The position numbers were made by a program, and so were the translations under genes. Source: Pyrodictiaceae archaeon (GTDB taxonomy: Archaea > Thermoproteota > Thermoprotei_A > Sulfolobales > Pyrodictiaceae). Taken from it: DNA of 64,000 nucleotides. The notes under the pieces are model-generated. The model did not search any database. It had not been told where the DNA came from and saw only the letters and a program-made list of their open reading frames with translations. Location: the NCBI GenBank assembly GCA_027036135.1, contig JALVSY010000030.1, forward strand, positions 128,001 to 192,000, read 5' to 3'. Of this stretch, positions 21,989 to 32,166 are shown one piece after another. Position 1 is the stretch's first letter, and every line of letters begins with the position of its first letter.

Positions 21989-22687
21989 ATGCGTCCCCGT
22001 CTCCTAGACCTTGTAGAAAAAGAGAGGCCCGTTCTACAAGTAGCTCTAGACTATACGAATCTCGAGGAAGCTCTGCGCCTTGCAACTGCTCTGCATAGGG
22101 AGCTGGGCGAGCATGCATGGATAGCAGAAGCTGGCACCCCCTTGATAAAAGCCGAGGGTATGAAGTCTGTGAGATTGCTCCATGCAAGCATTGACCCAGT
22201 GCACGTGATTGCTGATACAAAGACAGCTGATACAGGAGAGCTTGAAATAGGGCTTGCAGCCAATGCCGGAGCAAGCGCAGCAACAGTGCTAGCATGCACC
22301 CTTAATGAAACCATAGAAGCAGCTATAAGAGAGGCCCATAGCAGGGGTATAGCATTAGCCGCTGACATGATAGCAGTAAAGAATATCGAAGAAAGAGCAG
22401 AGCAGCTAGAATCACTAGGTGTTGATATAATCGAGCTCCACATAGGCATAGATGCACAAAGAGCCCTCGGAATGACAGCAGGAGACCTTGTCGAGCTAGT
22501 TAGAAAGCTATCAAAAAGACTCAAGCCCTACCTCGCAGTCGCTGGCGGAATAAACAAGAATACTGCACCGCAACTAGCTGAAGCAGGAGCAGACATAGTC
22601 ATTGTGGGAGGCGCAATAACCAAGAGCATAGACCCCGTAAGAGCAGCGAGAGATATCATCCACGCAATTAAGCGGAAACGGCAATAA
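21989..22687 (+). CDS. 3-hexulose-6-phosphate synthase (HPS/KGPDC family)
   Basis: LQVALD, EAGTPLIKAEG, ADTKTAD, HIGID, AVAGGI, IVGGAITK. Confidence 0.85.
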   Translation: MRPRLLDLVEKERPVLQVALDYTNLEEALRLATALHRELGEHAWIAEAGTPLIKAEGMKSVRLLHASIDPVHVIADTKTADTGELEIGLAANAGASAATVLACTLNETIEAAIREAHSRGIALAADMIAVKNIEERAEQLESLGVDIIELHIGIDAQRALGMTAGDLVELVRKLSKRLKPYLAVAGGINKNTAPQLAEAGADIVIVGGAITKSIDPVRAARDIIHAIKRKRQ

Positions 22688-22721
22688 AGACTTAACCCGG
22701 TAACCCCACGAGATTATTACC

Positions 22722-22728
22722 TATAAAA
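22722..22728 (+). promoter_or_regulatory. Putative TATA box of the tRNA-Val gene
   Basis: TATAAAA about 25 nt upstream of the tRNA 5' end. Confidence 0.4.
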
Positions 22729-22749
22729 TTGGAGCCCCTTTGGAGGGGC

Positions 22750-22827
22750 GGGCCCGTCGTCTAGCCTGGTTAGGACGCCGCCCTGACACGGCGGAGGTCC
22801 GGGGTTCAAATCCCCGCGGGCCCACCA
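22750..22827 (+). tRNA. tRNA-Val(GAC), intronless, CCA encoded
   Basis: Acceptor GGGCCCG/CGGGCCC, anticodon arm CCGCC-CTGACAC-GGCGG, T arm GGGG-TTCAAAT-CCCC, ends ACCA. Confidence 0.97.
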
Positions 22828-22983
22828 CTTATTACCTAGTTCTAGGGAGCCCTGCCATCATTTGTCATTATGTAGATTTGGTAGATACTACTAAGAGATA
22901 ATCCTTTGCCAAAACTCGTTAATACCTTCATGACTTTCCCCCTTCTTGGATAGGGCTTCCCCGTGCAGTAAGGTGTCTATACT

Positions 22984-24886
22984 TTGGTTAGGGAAAGACT
23001 AATTGAAGAGGAATACGATTACCTCAGTGTTTTAGAGAAAGTTATGGATAAAGGAATGCTTGGAAAGCTCCTAAGGATTAATGACTCGGAGCTACATAGA
23101 TGGATAGCTGATATAGTGAAGGTTGCGCAGCCAAGATCCGTTTACTTGATTACGGGCAGCGAGGAGGACTTCGAATATGTGCGTCGAGCTGCTATAAGGA
23201 ATCGTGAGGAAATACCGAGTAAGTACCCGAGGCACACTGTCCACTTCGATGGACCACACGATATTGCTAGGGATAGGAAGAATACGAGAATACTCTATCC
23301 AGGTGGAAAGGAGATTCCATTCATAAATACCCTTGATAGAGAGACTGGGCTTAGGGAGATAAAGAGCATAATCCCAGGCATGATGAAAGGGAGAGAGATG
23401 TTTGTTGGATTCTATTGCTTCGGGCCAAAGCACTCACCCTTCACCATGCACGCTGTACAGGTAACAGACTCCGCCTATGTCGAGCATAATGAGAACCTAC
23501 TATACCGCGTATGCTACGACGAGTTCGTGGAGAAAGCACCCAACTTGCACTATGCGCGTTTCCTCCACGCTACTGGCGAGAGAGACGAGCACGGCTGGGT
23601 AAAGAACATTGACAAGAGACGGATATACATAGACCTCATTGACTACACGGTGTACAGTGTTAATACCCAGTACGGCGGAAATACTATAGGCTTAAAGAAA
23701 CCCATGTTCAGGCTATGTATATACAAGGGTAGCCTCGAGGGCTGGCTATGCGAACACATGTTTATAGCAGGCATAAAGGGGCCAGGTGACAGAATAACGT
23801 ATTTCACCGGAGCATTCCCAGCCGGATGCGGTAAGACATCAACAACGTTCGCATCAGACACTGTTGTCGGAGACGACTTAGCCATAATAAAGCCATATAA
23901 CGGCGAGCCACGAGCCACGAACCCAGAGAAAGGCATGTTCGGCATAATTGATGGAGTTAACCCACGAGATGACCCAGCAACTCTATCGAATACTGACTAA
24001 CCCCGAATACGAGATAGTGTTCTCTAATGTTCTACTGACGAAGGATGGAGAAGTCTGGTGGAATGGCAAGGAGGGGGAACCGAGGCCCGGAATAAACTTT
24101 GCTGGCGAATGGTGGCCCGGAAAGAGAGATGAGAACGGCAACGAGATATCACCATCACACCCCAATGCAAGGTTTACGATACAGCTCGAGTACCTCGAAA
24201 GACTCGATCCCAGGTATAATGATCCTCATGGCGTCCCGGTAGGTGCAATGATATTTGGCGGACGCGATCCCGATACATGGGTCCCCGTGGAGGAGTCTTT
24301 CGACTGGATGCACGGCGTTATAACCAAGGCAGCTGCCCTAGAGTCGCAGAAAACTGCTGCAGTCCTAGGCAAGGCTGGCAAACTGGAGTTCAATCCCTTC
24401 GCGATACTCGATTTCCTACCAATATCCGTAGGAGCCTTCATAAAACTTCACCTAGATTTCGCGAAAAAGGTTGAGAAGCTACCAAGAATATTTGGGGTAA
24501 ACTACTTCCTTAAAGACGAGAAAGGAAACTATATCGCAGACAAGGTCGATAAAAGAGTATGGCTAAAATGGATGGAGCTAAGGGTGCACAACGAGGTAGA
24601 AGCACTAAGAACGTCAACAGGTCTTATACCAGTATACGATGACCTAGTAGAACTCTTCCGCAAACACCTAGACAAAGAATACTCTGAGGAACGCTACGAG
24701 AAGGAATTCGCCACTAGGATACCCCAGCACCTAGCAAAGATAGAGCGCATATGGAAGATCTACGAGGAGATACCAGACACGCCAAAGATACTCTTTGATG
24801 TCCTTCTAGAGCAGAAAAGGAGACTGAAAGAAGCCCAGAACAAGTGGGGCAACATAGTTTCGCCATTCAAGTACGATAAGGCATAA
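22984..24886 (+). CDS. pckG: GTP-dependent phosphoenolpyruvate carboxykinase, split by a frameshift near 23975
   Basis: 5' ORF has GWLCEHM, AFPAGCGKTS, VGDD and NPEKGMFG; 3' ORF has HPNARFT, FGGRD and VNYFLKD. Confidence 0.85.
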
Positions 24887-25004
24887 AATCTATTTATTAA
24901 CGTTTTTATACTATAATATACTAGAATCACTTTTAACAAAAACACAATAACCAATACCTTTACCCTGAGTATATAAAAGATAATAAAGTACAGGCTCCGT
25001 GATG

Positions 25005-25077
25005 CGGGGCTCTACCCATCCCCTCCCGAAAGGGGAGGGTCGTTAGCCGGGTCTCCGGGGTACTTCTTCACAGCCCG
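25005..25077. other. Structured non-coding element resembling an IS200/IS605 (tnpB) end remnant, or an ncRNA
   Basis: Perfect hairpin CCCTCCC-GAAAG-GGGAGGG (25021-39) nested in TACCC/GGGTA and GGGCT/AGCCC stems, between convergent genes. Confidence 0.45.
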
Positions 25078-25132
25078 TGTAGTAAAATGTTCCTCGAAAA
25101 CTATGTTATTATTTGCCTTTAATTAGGCTTCG

Positions 25133-25840
25133 TTACTTCTTTAGTATTATCCTCACGTCTACTGCGAGTGCGCCCTTGCCTTTCTCGTAGCTTAGTATCG
25201 GGTTTAGATCCATTTCGTTTATTTCTGGGTTTTCTTTCATTAGGTTTTGCACTGCCATGATTATCTTTATTAGCGAGTCTATGTCTCGTGGAGCTATATT
25301 CCTATACCCTCTAATTATCTTATATGCCTTGACTTCCTTTATCATTTCTTCGGCATCTTGTTCGCTGAAGGGGACTACTCTGAAGCTTACATCCTTGAAA
25401 ACTTCTATGAAGATACCACCCAGGCCGAACATTATTGCTGGGCCGAAGACGGGGTCCCTTATTGCACCGACTACTACTTCTATTGCACCTTTCGGTGCCA
25501 TTTTTTGTACAAGGATTCCTGTTATTCGTGCATCCGGGACGTGTTTTTTCACATTATTTATTATCTCGCTGAAGGCCTTTCGTACTTCGTCGGGGGTCGT
25601 GAGTCCTACTATTACGCCGCCTACATCGCTCTTGTGCACTATGTCTGGGCTAACGATTTTGAGTACTACTGGGTATCCTATTTTCTCCGCTATTTCTACT
25701 GCCTCGTCAGCTGTCTGGGCTAGACCGTATCCGGGGACTGGTACACCGTAGGCCTCTACGAGGGATAGGGCTTCGTGCTCGAGAAGCTTTGTTCTATTCT
25801 CTTGTAGTGCTTTTTCTATAATTTCACGAGGACTAGGCAA
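25133..25840 (-). CDS. ADP-forming acetate/acyl-CoA synthetase beta subunit (ATP-grasp)
   Basis: GYPVVLKIVSPDIVHKSDVGGV, DPVFGPAIMFGLGG, EMDLNP. Confidence 0.92.
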   Translation of the reverse strand: MPSPREIIEKALQENRTKLLEHEALSLVEAYGVPVPGYGLAQTADEAVEIAEKIGYPVVLKIVSPDIVHKSDVGGVIVGLTTPDEVRKAFSEIINNVKKHVPDARITGILVQKMAPKGAIEVVVGAIRDPVFGPAIMFGLGGIFIEVFKDVSFRVVPFSEQDAEEMIKEVKAYKIIRGYRNIAPRDIDSLIKIIMAVQNLMKENPEINEMDLNPILSYEKGKGALAVDVRIILKK

Positions 25841-25990
25841 AGCTAGGTGCCTCCACTGCTTAGGTCTCGCCAGGTATCACTGGTACTAGGCGTGCTGAAT
25901 TAATTAGGTTTAGCCGGGGAATACATCCGGACAAAAATACTCCCGGAAATTATATAGTGAAAATATATACAGTTATTGAGGAGACCCTCG

Positions 25991-26656
25991 TTACAATCTT
26001 TGTGTCGAATTATCTATATAGAGAAGGAGTTCAATTGTCTTTACCAATACGTAGATATAGCCCAGTGCAGCAATAGAGGCTAGCGCCCATAGCGGCTTAT
26101 TTAGCAATCCGAAGAGGAATACTAGGAATAGTCGCACGTCTCTACTCGCTATCCCAGGTACTCTACCTACTAGGACCGGATGTTTACCGGATATTTTCTC
26201 GCCCACACAATGCACATATGTTACCAATAGATCCCCGCTCATCGCAAGCAACGACAAAGTTGCCACAAGCACTGTAGGTGCGCCTTCGAGTAGAGCTGCT
26301 ATAGAAAGACCAACTATTACTGCTATATCTGCTAGGCGGTCAAGCATTGTGTCGAAAAGTGCTCCGCCTCGGCTCTGTTTATTGAGCGCCCTCGCGATCT
26401 CGCCGTCAACGCCATCGAGGATCGAGCCTAGCTGGACAAGCACGGCACCTAACCATGCTGGCCCTATCGCTAGAAATAAGCCGCCCAAGGCGGTTACTAG
26501 CGCTGAGATTATACTAACTGTGTCTGGGCTAGGCGGGTTATCTAGCCTTACTAATAACTTTGTAATTCTTGTTGACACCTTCCTATTAATATACCTGGAC
26601 ACTATGCCGTCGGTTGACTTTCTTAGCTGCTTATCTACGTAACCACTCAAGGACAT
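25991..26656 (-). CDS. CDP-alcohol phosphatidyltransferase, probable di-myo-inositol-phosphate-phosphate synthase (DIPPS)
   Basis: DGIVSRYINRKVS, DGVDGEIAR...G...DTMLDR, SRDVR; overlaps the NTP transferase gene. Confidence 0.8.
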   Translation of the reverse strand: MSLSGYVDKQLRKSTDGIVSRYINRKVSTRITKLLVRLDNPPSPDTVSIISALVTALGGLFLAIGPAWLGAVLVQLGSILDGVDGEIARALNKQSRGGALFDTMLDRLADIAVIVGLSIAALLEGAPTVLVATLSLLAMSGDLLVTYVHCVGEKISGKHPVLVGRVPGIASRDVRLFLVFLFGLLNKPLWALASIAALGYIYVLVKTIELLLYIDNSTQRL

Positions 26657-27383
26657 GGATTACCACCTCACGTCGCTTGCCTTTTTCTATTTCTTCTATA
26701 TCGGATACCGTGTCTACCTCTGTCCAGGGGAGCGAAGTGAACTCCGCTACGCCTAGTTTGTCCGTCTTCGCTAGGTTATTAGTTATCTCGTTTAGCTTTA
26801 TGACGGGCCTCGATATTAGTGATGTATTAGCTATGGTCCGGAGTATCTTAATTGGGTGAACTAAGTGTACACCGCTATCGATGTGGCTCCAGTACTGAAT
26901 ATTCTTGCCCACGGAGAAGCCTTGGAACCCGTTACTGGTTAGCTTCGTGGCCTCGTCTACCGCTATGAAGCGTGGAAACTTATCACCTGCTATAACATAG
27001 GGAAATGTATTTATTCTATCCATTAGCTTAGATGGTATATAAGCTGAGTAAATATGATCGCTCATGGACACATATGAATACTCTTCAAGAAAGCAGCTAG
27101 TTAAGCCTAGTAATAAGCTGAATCCATTCTCCTTCTCTGGCTTATCGTTTAGAACAATAATCGTTGAGCCCGGCCCAAGGATACTCTGAGATATTAGCTT
27201 TAATTCGTCTGCTATTCCCCGCCTAGTAACAATACATACCTCATCCACACCAAGGCTATGAAGAACAGATAAAGGATACCAGATCAGTGGATACCCGCTT
27301 ATTCTTAGAAGCTGCTTAGGCTTACCGATGCGACGACTAAGCCCAGCTGCGAGCACCAAGGCTCTCCTTATCAACCCTGTCAC
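26631..27383 (-). CDS. NTP transferase, probable inositol-1-phosphate cytidylyltransferase (IPCT)
   Basis: LAAGLSRRIGKPK, ENGFSL, MSDHIY, DEATK, WTEVDT. Confidence 0.78.
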   Translation of the reverse strand: MTGLIRRALVLAAGLSRRIGKPKQLLRISGYPLIWYPLSVLHSLGVDEVCIVTRRGIADELKLISQSILGPGSTIIVLNDKPEKENGFSLLLGLTSCFLEEYSYVSMSDHIYSAYIPSKLMDRINTFPYVIAGDKFPRFIAVDEATKLTSNGFQGFSVGKNIQYWSHIDSGVHLVHPIKILRTIANTSLISRPVIKLNEITNNLAKTDKLGVAEFTSLPWTEVDTVSDIEEIEKGKRREVVIHVLEWLRR

Positions 27384-27476
27384 CTCCGTTAACGAGATAT
27401 AGGGCTACAATCAATGACGCGGAATAATCCCTACCAATACATAATGCATCGCGGTAAGACAATTGCCGGGGATAGG

Positions 27477-27551
27477 AGGGGTCGCCTTCGCTGGGCTTCA
27501 GCACGAATCGTTATGCCTAGTTCTAAGTGTCGGTGGTTTCGCTCATCCCCT
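27477..27551 (-). ncRNA. Candidate K-turn RNA (degenerate C/D-like sRNA or leader element)
   Basis: Minus strand AGGGG-AT-GA-GC ... GC-GA-CCCCT K-turn geometry with an internal hairpin carrying CTGA; AATATAA about 28 nt upstream. Confidence 0.4.
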
Positions 27552-27660
27552 AAAAGCTTACCCTTACTTGATTCAAGCTTATATTGAGGCTTAGCTATAC
27601 CTGTATAGGTTAAGGAACAACTAGTAATTAATCAAGGCTGACTAAAATAGTGTAGGGTTT

Positions 27661-29547
27661 TTATCCAGCTTCGGGCGGTTTAGCCTTTCTTTCTTCGACT
27701 TTTACCGTCTCTCCTCTCTCTAGGCGGAGTCTTGCTGTCCTGGCTAGCTCTCTTATTATGTCTGTCTTTGTTACTACACCAGCTACTCTCCCTTCTTCAT
27801 CTACAACTGGCACTCCATCCACATTGTGCTGCTTCATAAGCTCTATGGCTTTGACAACGTCGTCGCTTGTCTTCACATAGACGTCTCGGAGCGGCACCAT
27901 AGCGTCAAGGACGAGTAGCGGTGTTACCTTCACGTAGCGACCTTTGCGCGCTGCGCCTTTGACTAGCTTTCTTACCCATATTAGGCGGCGGCTCTTGATA
28001 CCGGTTACTGCGTCCTCGTATGCTACAAAGGGCAACCTATTCGCTGATACCACGCCTAGTATCTTTGAGCCATCATAGACCGTTAGTGCATCTAAGTAGA
28101 ATGTTTGCATCTTCTTGACCGCGTGGTATAGGCTATGATGCGGGTGTACTATACCAATGCGGCCCGGCGTCATTATGTTCTCTACTTTTGCCCTACCAGC
28201 CATATGCTGCGCATATGCCTCTACTATATCATCCTTTGTTATGAAGCCTATGGGCTGACCTTTCTCATCCTCAACTATTGCTACCTCAGCTTTTGACTGC
28301 GTCATTAGGAGTGCTACTTTCTCTATGCTGTCATCGGCCTTTACCCGAGGTATATCAGTATCCATCACATAGTCTATGAGGTATCTATCATATACACGCC
28401 TCTTCCAGATGGGGCCTTTTAGGCCAATGGCCCTAAGCATTCCCCACTTGGTTACTACTCCCACTATTTGTCCCTTTTCATCAACTACTAGGAGGTAGTT
28501 GGTTCGGCAGCGGAGCATCATTCTCCGCGCATGCTCTATTGTATCATTTATTGTCACCGCTGGTAACTCGGGACGAGCTATGTTTGCTGCACTTATACCT
28601 GCAAGTGTCTCAACTGGTGGCTTTGCTACTAATACCTGCTGGAGCACTGTCTGGGTTGTGGTATAGGTTACTCTCTCCTCGGGCTTTACCTCTATTGGTA
28701 GTGCAGCTCTCTTAGCTGGTCTTACCCTACCGGGCTTTGCTCCCTCAATATAGGCTCTTGCTACATCGTATATTGTTAGGACGCCTATGAGCTTACCGCT
28801 TTCCTCGTCAATAACGGGTAGTATTGGGAAGTCATTTTCTACCATTATTTTGGCTGCATACTCTATCGGGGTCTCTGGTGTTGCCGCTGGCGCACCGCGC
28901 AGCATTATTGTGCGTACTTTTGCTACTGACTTGAGCCCCCTCTCGCTCTCCCTGTGGAAGAACCACCTACCGGTTGAAACGAATTCTCTGAGCGTTATGA
29001 GGCCTACCGGTATGGGCTCTTCCTTGCTCCTAACAACTACCTTTCCTAGCTTCCCATGATATACTAGGTCGCTCCACACACGGTTAACCCGCTCATCCTG
29101 GTATGTTATGTACTCCTCTATGTCCTCGGTAGTCATTACCTCTGTTACTGTCTCAGCTATTGGCTCGAATCCTGCAGCCATTAACCCCTTAACTATATCG
29201 GCAATACTCACAACGCCTATTACTACAGGGTTGTCTGGCGAATCAAGCACGGGTACAGCATAGACTTTTTCCTCGCGCATCCGCTGTACTACATCCTCTA
29301 TCTCGTCCTCCTTGTAAACAACAGGATAGTCTAAAGCAATATCCTTTGCGCGTAGATGCGAGTAATGGCTAGTTATTTGTATTACTTCCCTCCACGTCAC
29401 ATAGCCCTCATGCTTCATTTCTTTCTCGTTATTCACTATAACCGCTATCGGCTCCTCATTGTCCCTTAGCAACGCCCTAACCACTGTCGCGGGAGTATCA
29501 CCCGTTACCACCACACGGGGCTTCCTAGCAACCTCCCATATCTTCAC
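27661..29547 (-). CDS. Multi-CBS-domain protein (about 8 CBS motifs)
   Basis: Repeated hydrophobic-PVhD...hhGhhS/T..Dhh CBS motifs along the whole chain. Confidence 0.88.
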   Translation of the reverse strand: MKIWEVARKPRVVVTGDTPATVVRALLRDNEEPIAVIVNNEKEMKHEGYVTWREVIQITSHYSHLRAKDIALDYPVVYKEDEIEDVVQRMREEKVYAVPVLDSPDNPVVIGVVSIADIVKGLMAAGFEPIAETVTEVMTTEDIEEYITYQDERVNRVWSDLVYHGKLGKVVVRSKEEPIPVGLITLREFVSTGRWFFHRESERGLKSVAKVRTIMLRGAPAATPETPIEYAAKIMVENDFPILPVIDEESGKLIGVLTIYDVARAYIEGAKPGRVRPAKRAALPIEVKPEERVTYTTTQTVLQQVLVAKPPVETLAGISAANIARPELPAVTINDTIEHARRMMLRCRTNYLLVVDEKGQIVGVVTKWGMLRAIGLKGPIWKRRVYDRYLIDYVMDTDIPRVKADDSIEKVALLMTQSKAEVAIVEDEKGQPIGFITKDDIVEAYAQHMAGRAKVENIMTPGRIGIVHPHHSLYHAVKKMQTFYLDALTVYDGSKILGVVSANRLPFVAYEDAVTGIKSRRLIWVRKLVKGAARKGRYVKVTPLLVLDAMVPLRDVYVKTSDDVVKAIELMKQHNVDGVPVVDEEGRVAGVVTKTDIIRELARTARLRLERGETVKVEERKAKPPEAG

Positions 29548-29637
29548 CTAGCCTTCACCCCCCTTGAAGACATAGCTATGACCAGTATAAAAGAATCCAA
29601 CGCTCAAAAACAACTAAGCACGAATTCCAAGCCTCAT

Positions 29638-31074
29638 CTAGCAATGCACACTCCACTTACTACGAGAGCCTTTCTCACACAGTACCCTTACTAGGCCTGG
29701 AAGCCTAGGCTCGATTCCAAAATCAAGAAGTATCCTAATAGCAGCGTTTAGCCCCGCTACGCCATTTATCTCGCCACCAGGATAACTACTAGCACTACCA
29801 TGATATAGACAAGGTATTGAGGTTCTATAGTCGTTCCATCCAGGGACGGGGCGCTTATCAAACAAATACTTATCAATCATAGGCAAGTGATCTGGATGCC
29901 CCGTGTAATTACGGCAACAAACTACTTGGTTACGCGCATCACGTACATCATAAGTTTTTAAAGCTTTCTCGTTACTGCCCGGAGGAAGAACCTCAAATAC
30001 GTCCTCGGCAAAACCGCTAAACTGTACAAGGTACGTATCCCTCACGGGCTCTATATAGGTATACTCTCCACCATAGCTACTACTCCACTTGACATAAACT
30101 GGGGTCCCACGCCAACCAGGCTCTCGGGGAGGACTAGGCTTCTCCGAGAAGGCATAATCTATTCTCTTCACCCTGCTTCGCAAAGTAGTACTGTTCTTAG
30201 CATCCCCTATGCTACGAATCTCCCATTCCTCCAAGCGCTCATAGCCTCCGATATCTAGGAGCGACGTAATAGGGGCAGCAAAGAGTACTGCACGGCCATG
30301 TATCGTAGTGCCATCAGCTGTCTTTATACCTCGTACAACGCCTTCTTCGAACAAGAATTCCTCAACCCTGGTTCCTAGCAACATACTGGTACCGTTCTCT
30401 CCGAGTCTTTGTCTTAGGATTCTTGAGAAGGATAACATAGAGTATTTAGGCTGGCCCCATACATTATTATTCTGCATATAATATGCAAGCACGAACCCAC
30501 TTGCATCAAGCATTGACGGATATATAAAATAGTCCCAGTAACTTCTAGGCATATAGTCAGATAGGATTTCGCGAGCCGTTTTCGCGACCAGGTATGAGAC
30601 TCTGCATTTATCAAGTATTTGTACTGCTTCTTCCCGACTCGGGGCTATCGGGGTATAGTAGAGGCCATACTCCTTATAACATTTCCAAAATCTTCTAAGG
30701 TCTCTAAACAGATCCGCTATGTCTATGCCGTGTTCCTTGAACTCTGATACAAGCCTAGTTTCATCGCTCCACCAACGAAATACTATCTCGTCGTTCTCGT
30801 TGAGCTCAACCCAATTTGGCTCAGGATAATACATCTCGGGAAGAATTCTGAGCCACTCATTTAATTCTCTAGGGACAAGGCCGATAACATACGCAAACCT
30901 CGACGAGAAGACACCTGCAATGGTACGTGCACCAGCTAATCCACCAAGGGAATAATTTTGATCAACCAATAACACGCGTAGTCCATGCAGAGACAATACA
31001 GTGGAAGCTACGACCCCGTTATGCCCACCTCCTATTACTATCACGTCATAGTTAAAGCCCATGTCTAGCCCCAA
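29638..31074 (-). CDS. Phytoene dehydrogenase-like FAD-dependent oxidoreductase
   Basis: DVIVIGGGHNG, YRTSIPCLYHGSASSYPGGEINGVAG.NAA. Confidence 0.8.
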   Translation of the reverse strand: MGLDMGFNYDVIVIGGGHNGVVASTVLSLHGLRVLLVDQNYSLGGLAGARTIAGVFSSRFAYVIGLVPRELNEWLRILPEMYYPEPNWVELNENDEIVFRWWSDETRLVSEFKEHGIDIADLFRDLRRFWKCYKEYGLYYTPIAPSREEAVQILDKCRVSYLVAKTAREILSDYMPRSYWDYFIYPSMLDASGFVLAYYMQNNNVWGQPKYSMLSFSRILRQRLGENGTSMLLGTRVEEFLFEEGVVRGIKTADGTTIHGRAVLFAAPITSLLDIGGYERLEEWEIRSIGDAKNSTTLRSRVKRIDYAFSEKPSPPREPGWRGTPVYVKWSSSYGGEYTYIEPVRDTYLVQFSGFAEDVFEVLPPGSNEKALKTYDVRDARNQVVCCRNYTGHPDHLPMIDKYLFDKRPVPGWNDYRTSIPCLYHGSASSYPGGEINGVAGLNAAIRILLDFGIEPRLPGLVRVLCEKGSRSKWSVHC

Positions 31075-31157
31075 GGCACCAAGATGTAATAGACAAAAAT
31101 AACACTATACCCAACAGGGAGATGAACGGCCAGTATAGTTGCTGGAGAAACTGGAAT

Positions 31158-31220
31158 AAGATGATGAGGGCCTTTAGGCTCGAGGCTGTGCCGATGAACT
31201 AAGTACCCTCGGCTGAGACC
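31158..31220 (+). ncRNA. Box C/D guide sRNA upstream of speE
   Basis: C ATGATGA 31161-67; guide GGGCCTTTAGGC; D' TCGA; GGC/GCC mini-stem; C' GATGAAC; guide AAGTACCCTCGG; D CTGA 31213-16. Confidence 0.8.
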
Positions 31221-31280
31221 CAGGACTTATCCTTAACTTTTTATGAGACCGTTATCGGGTTCAGCACTAGGGGTAAGGAT

Positions 31281-32150
31281 ATGAACAATCACGATATTCT
31301 GCTTCTCTATCAGTATTCTGGGCCGCTTGCAACACTTTACTATTTAGACGAGATAATATACCAGACAAGGTCAAAGTATCAACGCATCATAGTTGCTAAG
31401 CTGCGGTACTTCGGCAAGACACTCATACTTGACGATCTCATTCAGAGCACAGAGTTCGACGAGTATATATATCATGAGGCACTTGTACATCCAGCAATGA
31501 CGCTGCATCCAAGTCCTAAGCGCGTCCTAATTCTTGGAGGCGGGGAAGGTGCGACTCTTAGAGAGGTTTTGAAACATAGCACTGTTGAGAAGGCTGTAAT
31601 GGTTGATATCGATGAAGTTGTTGTCGAGGTCTCTAAGAAGTATTTACCGGAGTGGCATCAAGGAGCCTTTGACGATAAACGTGCAGAAGTTGTAATAATG
31701 GATGGATTCGAATATGTTAAGCAAGCGGCTAGCTCTGGAACCAAATTCGATGTAATAATAATGGATTTGACTGATCCCTATGGATCAGAGATAGCCGCTC
31801 ATCTCTATAATACTAATGCATTCAAGCTGCTTAAGTCCGTGCTAGACGAAAACGGTGTCTTAGTGACACAGGCTGGCTGTTCTTCACTGTTCCCCCAGGA
31901 GTTCATTAAAGTGTATCGCGCTGCTAGCCAAGTATTCCATCACGTCTATGAATACGTTGCCTGGGTTCCCTCGTTTGCCTATATGAATAGCTTCATAATT
32001 GCTAGCGATAAACTAGACGCCATTAGCGTAAACGAAAAGACCATTGACAAACGTTTATCAGAAAGAGGCGTTGAAACCAAGTACTTTAACGGGAAACGCT
32101 ATCTGGCCATGTACTGGCTATCTCTACATAACGAGCCAATAAGAGGATAG
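31281..32150 (+). CDS. speE: Polyamine aminopropyltransferase (spermidine synthase family)
   Basis: SKYQRI, YHEALVHP, LILGGGEGATLREV, DLTDP. Confidence 0.92.
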   Translation: MNNHDILLLYQYSGPLATLYYLDEIIYQTRSKYQRIIVAKLRYFGKTLILDDLIQSTEFDEYIYHEALVHPAMTLHPSPKRVLILGGGEGATLREVLKHSTVEKAVMVDIDEVVVEVSKKYLPEWHQGAFDDKRAEVVIMDGFEYVKQAASSGTKFDVIIMDLTDPYGSEIAAHLYNTNAFKLLKSVLDENGVLVTQAGCSSLFPQEFIKVYRAASQVFHHVYEYVAWVPSFAYMNSFIIASDKLDAISVNEKTIDKRLSERGVETKYFNGKRYLAMYWLSLHNEPIRG

Positions 32151-32166
32151 AAAGAAAAGAGACTGG

